NCBI GenBank assembly: GCA_038209745.1
Contig: JBBQXJ010000051.1
Span: 1 to 34,893, forward strand
Origin: Verrucomicrobiota bacterium
Lineage (GTDB): Bacteria; Verrucomicrobiota; Verrucomicrobiia; Limisphaerales; CANJSG01
DNA length: 34,893 bases
Reading direction: 5' to 3'
Position numbers and translations under genes: made by a program. Below, one piece after another: positions 15,892 through 25,597 of the stretch; position 1 is the first letter of the stretch, and the number at the start of each line of letters is the position of its first letter. A model generated the notes under the pieces. It worked only from the letters and a program-made list of their open reading frames with translations, did no database searches and had not been told where the DNA came from.

Positions 15892-18834
15892 TCACCGCAG
15901 GTTCGCCTCGATCAAGGCGGCCTGGGTGAGGCGTTCCGGATCGGCGTGGGCGGCCCACGCGATGCCGCGCAGGACGAGGACGCGGTAGATTGGATCGTCC
16001 AGCGTCCAGAAGTAGTGGCCGAGGATGCTGGCGAAGACCCGGGACTGGCCGCGTTCCAACGTCCAGACCAGCGGCCGATCCGCGCCGTCTATGTGGGCGG
16101 TAGCCACGACCCTGACCTTCGAGACGTCGCCGATCATCGGCCAATAGGGTTCATCGATGAACTGGATCCGGTTCGGCAATCCCCGGGTGAGGACGCTGTC
16201 GGTTTCTTTCAGCTCCAGTTGGAACGGCATGTGGCGGTAGAGGACCGTGCTGGGCTGGGCGGCGAGACCGATCTGTGCCGCCAGACGCTTGGGATCGTTG
16301 TCGGAGATGACGGCCGAGTGGAGGAACACGAGCCCGCCGCCGCGCTTTTGATACGCTTCGATCTGCGCGTGGCGCGCGTCGCTCCAATCGTGGTTCCAGA
16401 AGTAGAAGACCAGCGCGTCGGCCGTGGCGAACTGCTCGTCGGTCGGCCATTCCCAGGCTTTCTCGACGGCGGTGTTGGTCGAGGCCTGGGCCAGGAGGCG
16501 GAGCCACTTTTCCTGCCAATGAGGGTAGTCGTGCTGGCCGGGACCGTGGTCCTGTTTGGAGGCGACGAGGACGAGGTGAATCGGCTTGGCGTCAGCGGGC
16601 TTGGAGCTCTGCGGAACGAGCTTCTCCGCTTCGGCGCGGGTGCGGATCGGCGGCTCCCACATCAAGTAGGTCAACAGATCGCGCACTTCGGTTTCGCTGG
16701 CCGCGTCGAGAAGGCCCGTTGGCATGAGGCTCTTGCCGGTAGGGTGCAGGTTCGCGAGGTTCGCGCGCGGGATGACGGTCTCCAGACCCGCGACGTCGGC
16801 GATCACCACCGAATCGTTGTCTTTCGAGGGCCGGAGAAACCCGGTCAAAGCATCGCCGTTCTTGAGCGTGGCTTCGTAGGTGACGTATTCCGGGTGGAGG
16901 GTCGCGTTCGGATCGCGGATGTCGCGGAGGACACTGGTGACATCGCGATGGACGAGATTGGAGAGATCGGGTCCGGCGGTGCCGCCCTCGCCGTGAGTAT
17001 GGTGGCATTGCGCGCACTGGAGATTCTTCACGAAGAGGCCATGGCCGTTCTCCCAGTCGCCGGTGGGTTTGGCGGAGGGACGGCTCACCGTGCCGGACGA
17101 GACGCGCGCGGCCGGAGCCCAGGCGGCCAGTCGATTCCACGAGGCCCGGGTCCAGTCGTTGGTCGGCTGGGTCGCTGCCAAGGTGCTGCTGGCGGTCAGG
17201 TCGTAGTCGAGCTCCACCGTGGCGGGCGCGGTGTCGACTCCGGACGCGGCGACTCCGGGAATGGTGATCGCATACCGGACGGGCAGGGGATGCGGGGCCG
17301 TTTCCAGCACCAAAGTGCGGCCCGCGTCTTCGAGGCGTGCGGCCTGGACGGCGAGATGGCCGCGGGGTGTGGCGGCCTGTTGCTCGACGGCGGCGTAGGG
17401 CGGCGTCAGGACCTCGAGGCGGTCGCCAGCGGTGACATATTCGCCGAACTCGATCGTCGGCAAGGTCTGGGTCACGGACGGAGCGAGCGGGCGGTTGAAG
17501 GCGATCCTGACTTCGGTGGAACTGGCCGGCCAGACGGCGAGCGGTTGCGGGGCGAGCGGGTCGTTGTAGTGGATCTTGAAGATCTTGCCCGGGCCCTGCG
17601 GACCGGTGCCCCAGTCGGGTGGTCCGCTGTGGCAGCAGACGTAGAGATCGCCCTTGGGAGAAATGGCCACGTCCAGGACCAGCATCGAGAAGCGCGCGAT
17701 GATCTGGCTGCGGCCGACATGGCCGTCCTTCGACTTGACCAGCTGGACGCGCCAGATCTTGCCGCGCGATTCGCCGGCCACGAAGACGTTGCCCTCCCAT
17801 TCGGAAGGCCCGAAAAGCCCCTGCGCCGGAAAGCTGGGCAACGCGATGTCGGACACGATGGGAGAAGACACGCCATGGGGTTCGTTGAAGACCAATCCGC
17901 AGGAACTCTGATGCTGGGGACCGAAGGCCACGATCGGCTCATCGCTCACCAATGTGGGCAACCAGCGAGGGTGGCGCGGCGGGAAACCATAGTTGTGGCC
18001 GGAGACGATGAGGTTCAATTCGTCGAGCGGATTGCCGTCGGGCATCCAGGTCTCGCCCTCCTGGTCGGTGTTGAAGAGGTCGCCGGCCTGGTTGAAAGCG
18101 AGTCCGACGGGCACGCGGATGCCGGTGGCGATCGTGCTCAGTTGCTTCGTGCGGGGGTTCAGCTTCTGGATGGTCCCGCGGCGCGACTCGATGTCGTAGA
18201 GCGAGAACTCGTCGTTGCCCGCATCGGCGTTCTTCGGCTCGATCCAACGTTCATGGGCCTTGAGCCACGCGATGTCCGCCGGCTTCAGGTCGTTGCGGCG
18301 GGTGAGGCGATACGCGTTGGCGTAGTTCTGCACCAACAGGCCGAAGTAGACGTTGCCCGCGGGATCCATGGTCACGGCCGTGGCATCCACATTCCCGGAA
18401 GCCTCATCCTTGTCGGGCCAGTCGTTGGACACGACCTCCTCCGTGTCCGCCTTTCCGTCCCCGTTGGAATCCCGCAGGAGCGAGACCTTGCCGCTGCTGG
18501 AGACGTAGAGGCCCTTGGTCGTCCAGCACATCCCGAGCGGCACGGTCAGCGGCTGCTTGTCCCACCAGGCTTCAGCCGTGTCTTCCAGGCCGTCGCCGTC
18601 CGTGTCGCGCAGCTTCCAGACCCGGCCGTCATAGCCGAGAGAAGTGAGCGTGCCGTCGGGGGCGAAGCGGAGGTTGTTCTGGTTGCTCAGATGGACGGGA
18701 AGCTCCTCCACGGTGAAGCCGGGCACGAGCATCGTCACTTCGGGGACGGCGGCCGTAGCGGTGACGAAAGCGCAAGCGGACAAGACAAGGCCGAGCAGCC
18801 GACGATTGATCATCCCCATACGGTAGCGATTCAT
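15892..18834 (-). CDS. Secreted PVC-type protein: dehydrogenase-like beta-propeller + cytochrome c (CxxCH) + ThuA-like domain
   Basis: Signal peptide, DTDGDG/DSNGDGKAD propeller repeats, NYGFP, CAQCH...GPDLS...SLMP.GL heme domain, C-terminal DHGPGQHDY...GGGLV.LH..DEPY..GH ThuA-like domain. Confidence 0.88.
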   Translation of the reverse strand: MNRYRMGMINRRLLGLVLSACAFVTATAAVPEVTMLVPGFTVEELPVHLSNQNNLRFAPDGTLTSLGYDGRVWKLRDTDGDGLEDTAEAWWDKQPLTVPLGMCWTTKGLYVSSSGKVSLLRDSNGDGKADTEEVVSNDWPDKDEASGNVDATAVTMDPAGNVYFGLLVQNYANAYRLTRRNDLKPADIAWLKAHERWIEPKNADAGNDEFSLYDIESRRGTIQKLNPRTKQLSTIATGIRVPVGLAFNQAGDLFNTDQEGETWMPDGNPLDELNLIVSGHNYGFPPRHPRWLPTLVSDEPIVAFGPQHQSSCGLVFNEPHGVSSPIVSDIALPSFPAQGLFGPSEWEGNVFVAGESRGKIWRVQLVKSKDGHVGRSQIIARFSMLVLDVAISPKGDLYVCCHSGPPDWGTGPQGPGKIFKIHYNDPLAPQPLAVWPASSTEVRIAFNRPLAPSVTQTLPTIEFGEYVTAGDRLEVLTPPYAAVEQQAATPRGHLAVQAARLEDAGRTLVLETAPHPLPVRYAITIPGVAASGVDTAPATVELDYDLTASSTLAATQPTNDWTRASWNRLAAWAPAARVSSGTVSRPSAKPTGDWENGHGLFVKNLQCAQCHHTHGEGGTAGPDLSNLVHRDVTSVLRDIRDPNATLHPEYVTYEATLKNGDALTGFLRPSKDNDSVVIADVAGLETVIPRANLANLHPTGKSLMPTGLLDAASETEVRDLLTYLMWEPPIRTRAEAEKLVPQSSKPADAKPIHLVLVASKQDHGPGQHDYPHWQEKWLRLLAQASTNTAVEKAWEWPTDEQFATADALVFYFWNHDWSDARHAQIEAYQKRGGGLVFLHSAVISDNDPKRLAAQIGLAAQPSTVLYRHMPFQLELKETDSVLTRGLPNRIQFIDEPYWPMIGDVSKVRVVATAHIDGADRPLVWTLERGQSRVFASILGHYFWTLDDPIYRVLVLRGIAWAAHADPERLTQAALIEANLR

Positions 18835-18916
18835 GGACGGCGGGAAAGCCCGGCGTTTGTTCTATCTTGCCTCCGTCCTGACTGACCGCCCCTGACCGTC
18901 TTGTCAGCTTCGGCCG

Positions 18917-19375
18917 ATGCCGAACGCCGAGAAGCTCAAGGGATTCGTCGACTGGTGCTCCGAGCACGTCGCCGGCGATGAAAAGGGAGAGGCCCAGATC
19001 TTTCTCGACCATCTGTTCCAGGCCATTGGCTACAACGGCGGACTGAAGGAAGCAGGAGCGACCCTCGAAGAACGCGTGAGCAAGGCTGATTCCGGAGGCA
19101 CCGCCTTCCTCCGCCCCGGCGATCTCACGCCCATCGTCGGGAATGACCACGTGGCCGTCACCCGCGATGCCGCCGACCAGCTTGCGGGCGTCTTTCGTAG
19201 GCTCGTCGCGCCGGCTCGGACCCCCCCGTGGACCGCGCCACCGCGCAGAAGTTCGTCCTCCAGATGCTCGTCGCGTTCTTCGCCGAGGACATCGGACTGC
19301 TCGACAAGTATTTCGTCGCCCAGTTGCTGGAAGACTGCCAGAGCCCGGCCGACAGCCACGATCTCATCGTCGGCC
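18917..19375 (+). pseudogene. Remnant of an MmeI-like type IIL/IIG restriction-modification enzyme (N-terminal part)
   Basis: GDEKGEAQIFLDHLFQA.G and (frame-shifted at the C7 run, 19221-19227) AQKFVLQMLVAFFAEDIGLL match the N-terminal and helical-spacer motifs of MmeI-like enzymes as I recall them. Internal deletion, frameshift and truncation; no methyltransferase motifs remain. Confidence 0.72.
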
Positions 19376-19462
19376 CGCTCCTCCAAGAACCTCATTGCCA
19401 TGCTCTACTTCACCGCCGGTCGCCTCGACTTGCCCGCTACCCGCTGAAAACAGCGAGGAACC
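19376..19462 (+). mobile_element. ISL3-family right-end remnant (last ~23 transposase codons + terminal inverted repeat)
   Basis: Peptide RSSKNLIAMLYFTAGRLDLPATR* resembles the ISL3 transposase C-terminus (GYR...NLIAM.Y..AG.L). It is followed by ...GAAAACAGCGAGGAACC, whose reverse complement GGTTCCTCGCTG fits the ISL3 GG-start IR style. Confidence 0.65.
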
Positions 19463-19468
19463 TTTCGT

Positions 19469-22243
19469 TCACGGCTCCGCCGGCGTGCTGAGGGTCGGAT
19501 CGGTCAAGGATCGGGCCCGGCGGCCGGCTTTCAGGTCTTCCAAAACATGGTTGAACCGATCTTGCAGGACGCCGGCTTCCCAGCGGTAGGGAGCGTCCAG
19601 GGTCAAACCGCTCTTCGGATCCCGGGGCAGCGGCGAGGGAGTGAACCGAAACTTCCATCGAGGCAGATCCGTGATGCGATCCAAGCCTCCGAGCAGGCGC
19701 AGGCTTTCGTAGGCATAGAACGTGTCCTTGGCCGGGTGGTAGAAGTAGATCCCGTTCGTCAGGCCGGCGTCTCCCGCCACGCCGAACCGACCTTCGCCGA
19801 GGTGGAACCTCACGACGCCTTCGATGCAGGCGCCGCGATTGATCGAATCAAGGGCGTGGAAGCGATCCAGGATCCACAGGGCCTGCCAGGTTTCCTCCAG
19901 GGGATTATAGCCCTGGAGGAGGAACTGTCCGTTCCAAGCGGCGCGGTCCGGCAAGGGGCGTCGGCCGGGTTGAGTGTTGCCTGGAAGCACTTGATGGGCC
20001 CGCAGCGTGGAGACGATGGGTTCGGCGGGCACCAGATCCATGGCGTCGAGGGAGGCCAAAGTACCGAGGGCCGCGACCACGCTGCCGCTTGCCAGAACCG
20101 TGTAGGACTCGCCCGCTACCGAAACGGTTTCCAGCTTGAATCGACTCGCGGGCCAGCCCTCCGCAGGCATCGCGGCCAAGCCCCGGCGAACGGCGTCCCG
20201 CGTGTAGCCCAGGTCCGCCAACTGGTTCGTCGTGATCAAGTGGGCGTCGAGGATATGGGTCAAATCCAAGCGCGAAAGGAGGAGCGACAGAGTCGTCCGG
20301 TCCACCAGAGTGGAAGAAGTTGGGAGACCCTGGGAAGGCACGGGGACTGGGGCGATGGCGTTGGTGATCAGATGCCGGAGAGCGGCTTCGGACCACCATG
20401 ATCTGGGAGGAAGGACGACATTCTCTCGAACCGCTTGGGCGAGCAGATCGATCTGGTTCGTTTCCCATAGGTAGAGGGTTTTGCCGGGCGCTGTTTCGGT
20501 CCGGAACACGTCCGCCGCCAGCCGGGTCGGGACCGCAGTTTGCAGGTTTCCCGGGAGCCGATGGCCGATCGACCAATTGAGCAGAAGGGGGATGGCAAGC
20601 AGGACGACCAGGCTGACGATGAGAATCGTCCGGGCCAGCTTCTGGCCGCCGGCGCGCTCCGGCGATTGCTTGAAAAGGGTTTCGTCCGGCATCTGCCCGA
20701 GGGCGGATTCGACTCCGGCAAGGTCGTTCCGGTCGAAGGCCGCGAGCGCGGTTTCAACCGCTGCGACCACGGCGGACTCCTCTTCCAGAGAGTCGCGGCT
20801 GATCGGGAGGCCATCGCTGACGAGAGCGCGGGCGTCGCGCACGCTGAGATGGGCGGTGACGCGTCCGTCGGTCCAGAGAGTGATCGAGGAACGGCGGCGT
20901 CCCACGGAGGCCAGCCATTCCGTGGGGCCGAAACGAACCCCGGGCAGGGTCAGGCGAAGAAAGTTCGGGCCGGTGCGATAGCCGATGACCCACCAACGGG
21001 GACCGAGGATCTGCGCGAAGGCAAAGAGATCCGGCAACCTTCTCGGGTGGGTGGAGGCCGGAGATCCAACCGGTTTCAAGAGACCATGGGCGTGGCGGAG
21101 GAAGAGGCTGTAGTCGTGGGTGTGGGGCAGTCCCTTCTTGAAAAAAAGGGCCGGCACGAATCCGAACAGCGAGGCCACGATGATGAACTGGAAGGGAATC
21201 GCGAAGAACGTGACCGCGGCGACCGCGCCCAGCATGAGGAAGAGGCCGCCGACATTGGCGACCGCGAAGGGCGAGCGGTTGATCCGTAGATTGCGCAGGC
21301 TCACCACGAGCACCAGCGCCAGGAACGGGAGCAGACACTTGATGAAGCCCTGGGGCGAAAAACCACGCGCGAGGAAGAAGAAGAGCGGCATCACGATGCC
21401 CACGAAAAGAACGACCGCCTTCGACTGGGTTCGATGCGACTTCACCCGGAAATCATCCGGATCGCGGAAGTTCTCCCGCTCCTTCCGGTGGATCCACCAA
21501 CCGGTCAAAACCCCGGAGACGACGCCGACCAACGGAATGAAGAGGACGAAGAACGCACCCGGCAACAGCTTCGCCAGGACCGCGCCCACGCCGCCACCGG
21601 CGAGTCCCATCCCGGAGCTGGCGGGCAGCGCCAGCATGATGCTGTGGGCCAGATGGGCGGGCGGCCGCAGGCTTTCGAGGCCGTCTTCCAGCGTGGCTTC
21701 CAATTGGCTGCGCAACGCGGTGCGGGCCCGGTGGAGCCGCGTCTTGAAGGTGCCTTCGCTCAGGTCCAGCGCGGCGGCGGATTCGGCCACGCTCCTGCCC
21801 TCCAGATAGAAGAGCACGAGGCATTCGCGATGGATCGGCGGGAGCTCCTGCAACGCCGCGCGGAGCGGTTCGCCGGAGAGCGGGTCGGTCGTTTCCGGGG
21901 GCGGGTCCGGGTGTTGATGCTCCAGTTGCCAGCGTTCGCGGCGGTTCAGCTCCTTGCGGTGGCGGATGCCGAGGTTGATGGAAATGCTCCGGACGATGGA
22001 GGTGATCCAGCCGCCGAAGCGGGACCCGTCGCGCAGGCTGCCGAGATGCCGGTAGGCCTTGATGAAGGCGTCCTGGGTGGCGTCGCGGGCCAGTTCCACG
22101 TCGCCGAGCCGGCTCCAGGCCACGCCGTAGACCTGGCGCTCGTAGCGCTCGATCAATTCGCGATAGCGCTCCGTGTCGCCGCGACGGATGGCGTCGAGGG
22201 CGGCGGTGTCCGGACTGATGGCGGCGGAGTCGATGTCATTCAT
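19469..22243 (-). CDS. ECF sigma-70 factor fused to a multi-pass membrane region and a large C-terminal domain
   Basis: Sigma region 2 (ARDATQDAFIKAY...FGGWI) and region 4 (LP..RECLVLFYLEG.S..E.A..L..SEGT.KTRLHRAR) in aa 1-180; about 6 hydrophobic helices follow; 924 aa in total. Confidence 0.88.
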   Translation of the reverse strand: MNDIDSAAISPDTAALDAIRRGDTERYRELIERYERQVYGVAWSRLGDVELARDATQDAFIKAYRHLGSLRDGSRFGGWITSIVRSISINLGIRHRKELNRRERWQLEHQHPDPPPETTDPLSGEPLRAALQELPPIHRECLVLFYLEGRSVAESAAALDLSEGTFKTRLHRARTALRSQLEATLEDGLESLRPPAHLAHSIMLALPASSGMGLAGGGVGAVLAKLLPGAFFVLFIPLVGVVSGVLTGWWIHRKERENFRDPDDFRVKSHRTQSKAVVLFVGIVMPLFFFLARGFSPQGFIKCLLPFLALVLVVSLRNLRINRSPFAVANVGGLFLMLGAVAAVTFFAIPFQFIIVASLFGFVPALFFKKGLPHTHDYSLFLRHAHGLLKPVGSPASTHPRRLPDLFAFAQILGPRWWVIGYRTGPNFLRLTLPGVRFGPTEWLASVGRRRSSITLWTDGRVTAHLSVRDARALVSDGLPISRDSLEEESAVVAAVETALAAFDRNDLAGVESALGQMPDETLFKQSPERAGGQKLARTILIVSLVVLLAIPLLLNWSIGHRLPGNLQTAVPTRLAADVFRTETAPGKTLYLWETNQIDLLAQAVRENVVLPPRSWWSEAALRHLITNAIAPVPVPSQGLPTSSTLVDRTTLSLLLSRLDLTHILDAHLITTNQLADLGYTRDAVRRGLAAMPAEGWPASRFKLETVSVAGESYTVLASGSVVAALGTLASLDAMDLVPAEPIVSTLRAHQVLPGNTQPGRRPLPDRAAWNGQFLLQGYNPLEETWQALWILDRFHALDSINRGACIEGVVRFHLGEGRFGVAGDAGLTNGIYFYHPAKDTFYAYESLRLLGGLDRITDLPRWKFRFTPSPLPRDPKSGLTLDAPYRWEAGVLQDRFNHVLEDLKAGRRARSLTDPTLSTPAEP

Positions 22244-22310
22244 CTACCCGGCCAGACAGAGCGGGGCGAGAAAGGTTACGGAGCCGTTCGACCTTCGTTT
22301 CAGCCGTTGC

Positions 22311-22345
22311 TTGCATCCCGTCGCGTCGCTCAACACCCTGACCCC
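22311..22345 (+). promoter_or_regulatory. Putative sigma70 leaderless promoter of the CE15 gene
   Basis: TTGCAT-N17-CACCCT-N6-ATG. Confidence 0.5.
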
Positions 22346-23659
22346 ATGTTCTCCCCGAATTGGCTCCGTCGTGGACAGGCCTGCGCCCGGATCGGATCCT
22401 CCTTGCTGCTCCTAAACGCCGTCTCCGCCATGCCCGCTGAATTCAACTACGACGAAGCCAAGGTCCCGCCCTACACGCTGCCCGATGCGTTGACCTGTCT
22501 CGACGGCACCAAGGTCACGACGGCCGACCAGTGGCGGATGAAGCGCCGGCCCGAGCTGCTGCGGCTCTTCTCCGAAAACGTCTATGGAACCATTCCCGCC
22601 AACGCACCGAGACCGGTCTTTGTCGTCCGGGAAAAGCCGACGCCGGCGCTCGGTGGATTGGCCCTGCGCGAGCAGGTGACCGGCTACTTCAAGGCGGACA
22701 AGACCGGCCCGGCGATGGATGTCCTGGTCTACCGGCCCGCCGCCGCCAAAGGACCCGTGCCGGCGTTTATCGGGCTCAATTTCAACGGGAACTACACCGT
22801 CAATGCCGATCCGGCGATCCTCGCTCCGCACAGCTGGGTGCCGGATCTCAGTCGGCTCGGCCTGACCAACAACCTCCCGATCGACGCCGCCCGCGGTTGC
22901 GACGCCGGCCAGTGGCAGGTGGAGAAGCTCGTGGGCCGGGGCTATGCCGTCGTCATGATCTACTCCGGAGACCTTTTCCCGGATAAGGCCGACGGACTGG
23001 CGGAGTCGATCGTTCCGCTGAGTTTCGATCCGGGACAAACCGTGCAGCGACCGGATGAGTGGAACGCCTTGGCGGCCTGGAGCTGGGGACTCAGCAAGAC
23101 GCTCGACTATCTGGAGACCCAACCAGACATCGACTCCAAGAAGATCGGGGTCATGGGCTTTTCCAGGATGGGCAAGGCCGCTGTCTGGGCCGGGGCGCGG
23201 GACGAACGCTTCGCCATCGTCGTCTCCAACGAGTCCGGCGAAGGCGGCGCGGCCTTGGCCCGGCGCTGGTTCGGCGAGACCACGGCGCGGATCAACACGT
23301 CGTTTCCGCACTGGTTCTGCGGCAATTTCAAACGTTTCAACGACCGCGAAGCCGACATGCCGACCGACCAGCACGAGCTCGTCGCGTTGATCGCGCCCCG
23401 ACCCGTCTACCTCGCCAGCGCGGAAGGCGACCGCTGGTCCGATCCCAAGGGTGAGTTCCTCTCCGGATTGCATGCCGAGCCGGTCTACGCGCTCTTCGGC
23501 AAGGCCGGCTATGGCGTGGCCGAACAACCGCCTTTGAACACTCCCGTCGGCGACGTCATCCGCTACCACATCCGCGATGGGAACCACGACGTGAAGCCCT
23601 ATGACTGGGACCAGTATCTGGACTTCGCCGACCGGCATTTCGGGCGCCGGGTGAAGTAG
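22346..23659 (+). CDS. CE15-family glucuronoyl/acetylxylan-type esterase, secreted
   Basis: NYDEAKVPPYTLPD N-terminus, AWSWGLS, nucleophile motif GFSRMGK, SGEGGAA, DQH.L.ALIAPRP, DPKGEF, GNHD. Confidence 0.88.
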   Translation: MFSPNWLRRGQACARIGSSLLLLNAVSAMPAEFNYDEAKVPPYTLPDALTCLDGTKVTTADQWRMKRRPELLRLFSENVYGTIPANAPRPVFVVREKPTPALGGLALREQVTGYFKADKTGPAMDVLVYRPAAAKGPVPAFIGLNFNGNYTVNADPAILAPHSWVPDLSRLGLTNNLPIDAARGCDAGQWQVEKLVGRGYAVVMIYSGDLFPDKADGLAESIVPLSFDPGQTVQRPDEWNALAAWSWGLSKTLDYLETQPDIDSKKIGVMGFSRMGKAAVWAGARDERFAIVVSNESGEGGAALARRWFGETTARINTSFPHWFCGNFKRFNDREADMPTDQHELVALIAPRPVYLASAEGDRWSDPKGEFLSGLHAEPVYALFGKAGYGVAEQPPLNTPVGDVIRYHIRDGNHDVKPYDWDQYLDFADRHFGRRVK

Positions 23660-23682
23660 CGGAATCTGGATGGTCGTTGATC

Positions 23683-23826
23683 GGGCGACGGCTCCGGCCA
23701 AGGCGCCGAAGGATTCGCTCACGACGGGGCAGCAATCCGGGCGACTCCTTGGCGTTCCGGAGTTGCCCGTGATGCTGGATTGGAGAGTTCTTTCGCACCA
23801 AGGCGGCTCGGCGGGAGCCGTCGCCC
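23683..23826. repeat. REP-like inverted doublet
   Basis: Perfect 13-bp inverted repeat GGGCGACGGCTCC (23683-23695) / GGAGCCGTCGCCC (23814-23826). The right arm contains a CGGCTC..GAGCCG hairpin. Confidence 0.68.
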
Positions 23827-23880
23827 TGCCTCCCGCGCCGTTTGACCTGTCGCCCGGTTTTCCCGCAGTCTCCCGCGACT

Positions 23881-24960
23881 ATGGGCAACACGTTCGGTCA
23901 GTTGTTTCGCATCACCACCTGGGGCGAGAGCCACGGGGGCGGCGTCGGCGTCGTCATCGACGGCTGCCCGCCGCGTCTGGAACTGACCGAGGCCGACATC
24001 CAGCCCGATCTCGACCGTCGCCGGCCCGGCCAGTCCAGGATCGTCACCCCGCGAAAGGAAGCCGACGCCGTCCAGATCCTCAGCGGCACCTTCGAGGGCA
24101 GGACGCTGGGCACGCCCATTTCCATGTGGGTGAAGAACGAGGACCAGCGCTCCGAAGCCTACCACGAGATGGCCGAGAAGTTCCGTCCGAGCCACGCGGA
24201 TTTCACCTATCAGGAGAAGTTCGGCATCCGCGCCTGGCCCGGCGGTGGCCGCACCAGCGCCCGCGAAACCATCGGCCGCGTGGCCGCCGGCGCCGTGGCC
24301 AAGAAGTTCCTCAAACAACTGTTCGGCGTCGAAGTCCTCGCCGCCGTGATCCAGGTGCAGGCCATCTCGGCGGAGGTCGATCCCGAGACCTTCCAGTTCG
24401 CAGATGTGGAGGCGAACATCGTCCGCTGCCCAGACGCGGCCGTGGCCGAGAAGATGATCGAGCTCATCGAACAACGGCGGGGTGAAGGCGACAGCGTGGG
24501 CGGCGTCGTTCTCGGCGTGGCGCGCGGCGTTCCGGCCGGCTGGGGCGAACCCGTCTTCGACCGGCTTGAAGCCGATCTGGGCAAAGCCATGTTGAGCTTG
24601 CCCGCGACAAAGGGTTTCGAGATCGGGTCCGGCTTCGGCGGCATCGCGCTGACCGGCCGCGAGCACAACGACCCCTTCTACATGGAGGACGGCCGCGTCC
24701 GCACGCGCACCAACCGATCCGGCGGCGTGCAGGGCGGCATCTCCAACGGCGAGACCATCCACTTCCGCGTCGCCTTCAAGCCCGTGGCCACGGTGATGCA
24801 CGAACAGGAGACCGTGGACGTGCAGCACCGGCCCACGACGCTGAAAGGCCGCGGCCGCCACGATCCTTGCGTCCTCCCCCGCGCCGTCCCGATGGTGGAA
24901 GCGATGACCGCGCTGGTGCTCATCGATCACGCGCTGAGGCAGCGGGCGCAGTGTGGGTGA
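23881..24960 (+). CDS. aroC: Chorismate synthase
   Basis: [49 protein letters not shown]. Start ATG 23881. Confidence 0.98.
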   Translation: MGNTFGQLFRITTWGESHGGGVGVVIDGCPPRLELTEADIQPDLDRRRPGQSRIVTPRKEADAVQILSGTFEGRTLGTPISMWVKNEDQRSEAYHEMAEKFRPSHADFTYQEKFGIRAWPGGGRTSARETIGRVAAGAVAKKFLKQLFGVEVLAAVIQVQAISAEVDPETFQFADVEANIVRCPDAAVAEKMIELIEQRRGEGDSVGGVVLGVARGVPAGWGEPVFDRLEADLGKAMLSLPATKGFEIGSGFGGIALTGREHNDPFYMEDGRVRTRTNRSGGVQGGISNGETIHFRVAFKPVATVMHEQETVDVQHRPTTLKGRGRHDPCVLPRAVPMVEAMTALVLIDHALRQRAQCG

Positions 24961-25027
24961 GGCACTATGTCTTGGAGAAACACTCGGTCTTCCTGACAAG
25001 CTGGCCGGTCGAACATAACACGGACAA

Positions 25028-25597
25028 ATGTTTTATTGGTCGCATCGTGATACGCACCTCGTGTTGACAGATGATGAGGAGTTGAACCTTGTTCGTGAAG
25101 TGTCAGACGGACCGGAGGACCGAGTTCGGTATGACCTTGATCGGAAGATCCGCCGTAAAATCGAAAGGCGGATATTTCGATATTTCGAGCGCCTCATGTC
25201 GGAGGATCCGGAGGAGTTCAGACGGAGATTTGTATTTCGATCATGCTATGGCGCCCAAGCGAGAATGATGTTTCCAGCGATGCTTGATGCTTACGGGCGA
25301 ATCACGCGTCGCGCTATATTTGGATCGGGTCGTGACTTGGGCTGTATCGAAGAACTTCCTGAAAACATTCTCTATAGCTCCACCAAGGATATCTATCAGG
25401 TCGCGCTACTCGGCCGCGGGCGATGGATCTGGTCTAAGCCAACGATTATAGGACGGTTCTCATTCCCGACATCTGGAATTCAAAAGTTAGCCGGCACGGT
25501 AACCAATTTCTTTTTGGCGACCGACACCGTGCATATCAAGTTTCACCGCGATTTTGTCCGGCTGTCGGTGCTCCATTCAGGCGTAAATTCCCATTAA
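25028..25597 (+). CDS. Low-GC orphan hypothetical protein (possibly N-terminally truncated)
   Basis: 189-aa ORF. Two sampled 60-nt lines contain 28/60 and 29/60 G+C, well below the flanks. No recognisable motif. Confidence 0.5.
   Translation: MFYWSHRDTHLVLTDDEELNLVREVSDGPEDRVRYDLDRKIRRKIERRIFRYFERLMSEDPEEFRRRFVFRSCYGAQARMMFPAMLDAYGRITRRAIFGSGRDLGCIEELPENILYSSTKDIYQVALLGRGRWIWSKPTIIGRFSFPTSGIQKLAGTVTNFFLATDTVHIKFHRDFVRLSVLHSGVNSH

Noticed and set aside
15946..18885. Very long antisense ORFs (e.g. 15946..18885 +, 11676..14120 -, 5726..8035 +, 8822..10294 -)
   Set aside because: Shadow frames of real high-GC genes; no motifs, and composition typical of antisense translation.
18917..19447. 176-aa ORF as an intact gene
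   Set aside because: Chimera of an R-M fragment, out-of-frame sequence and an ISL3 tail.
21434..22345. N-terminal extension of the CE15 ORF overlapping the ECF gene
   Set aside because: Antisense to the sigma factor; the real start at 22346 has a promoter-like motif and a signal peptide.
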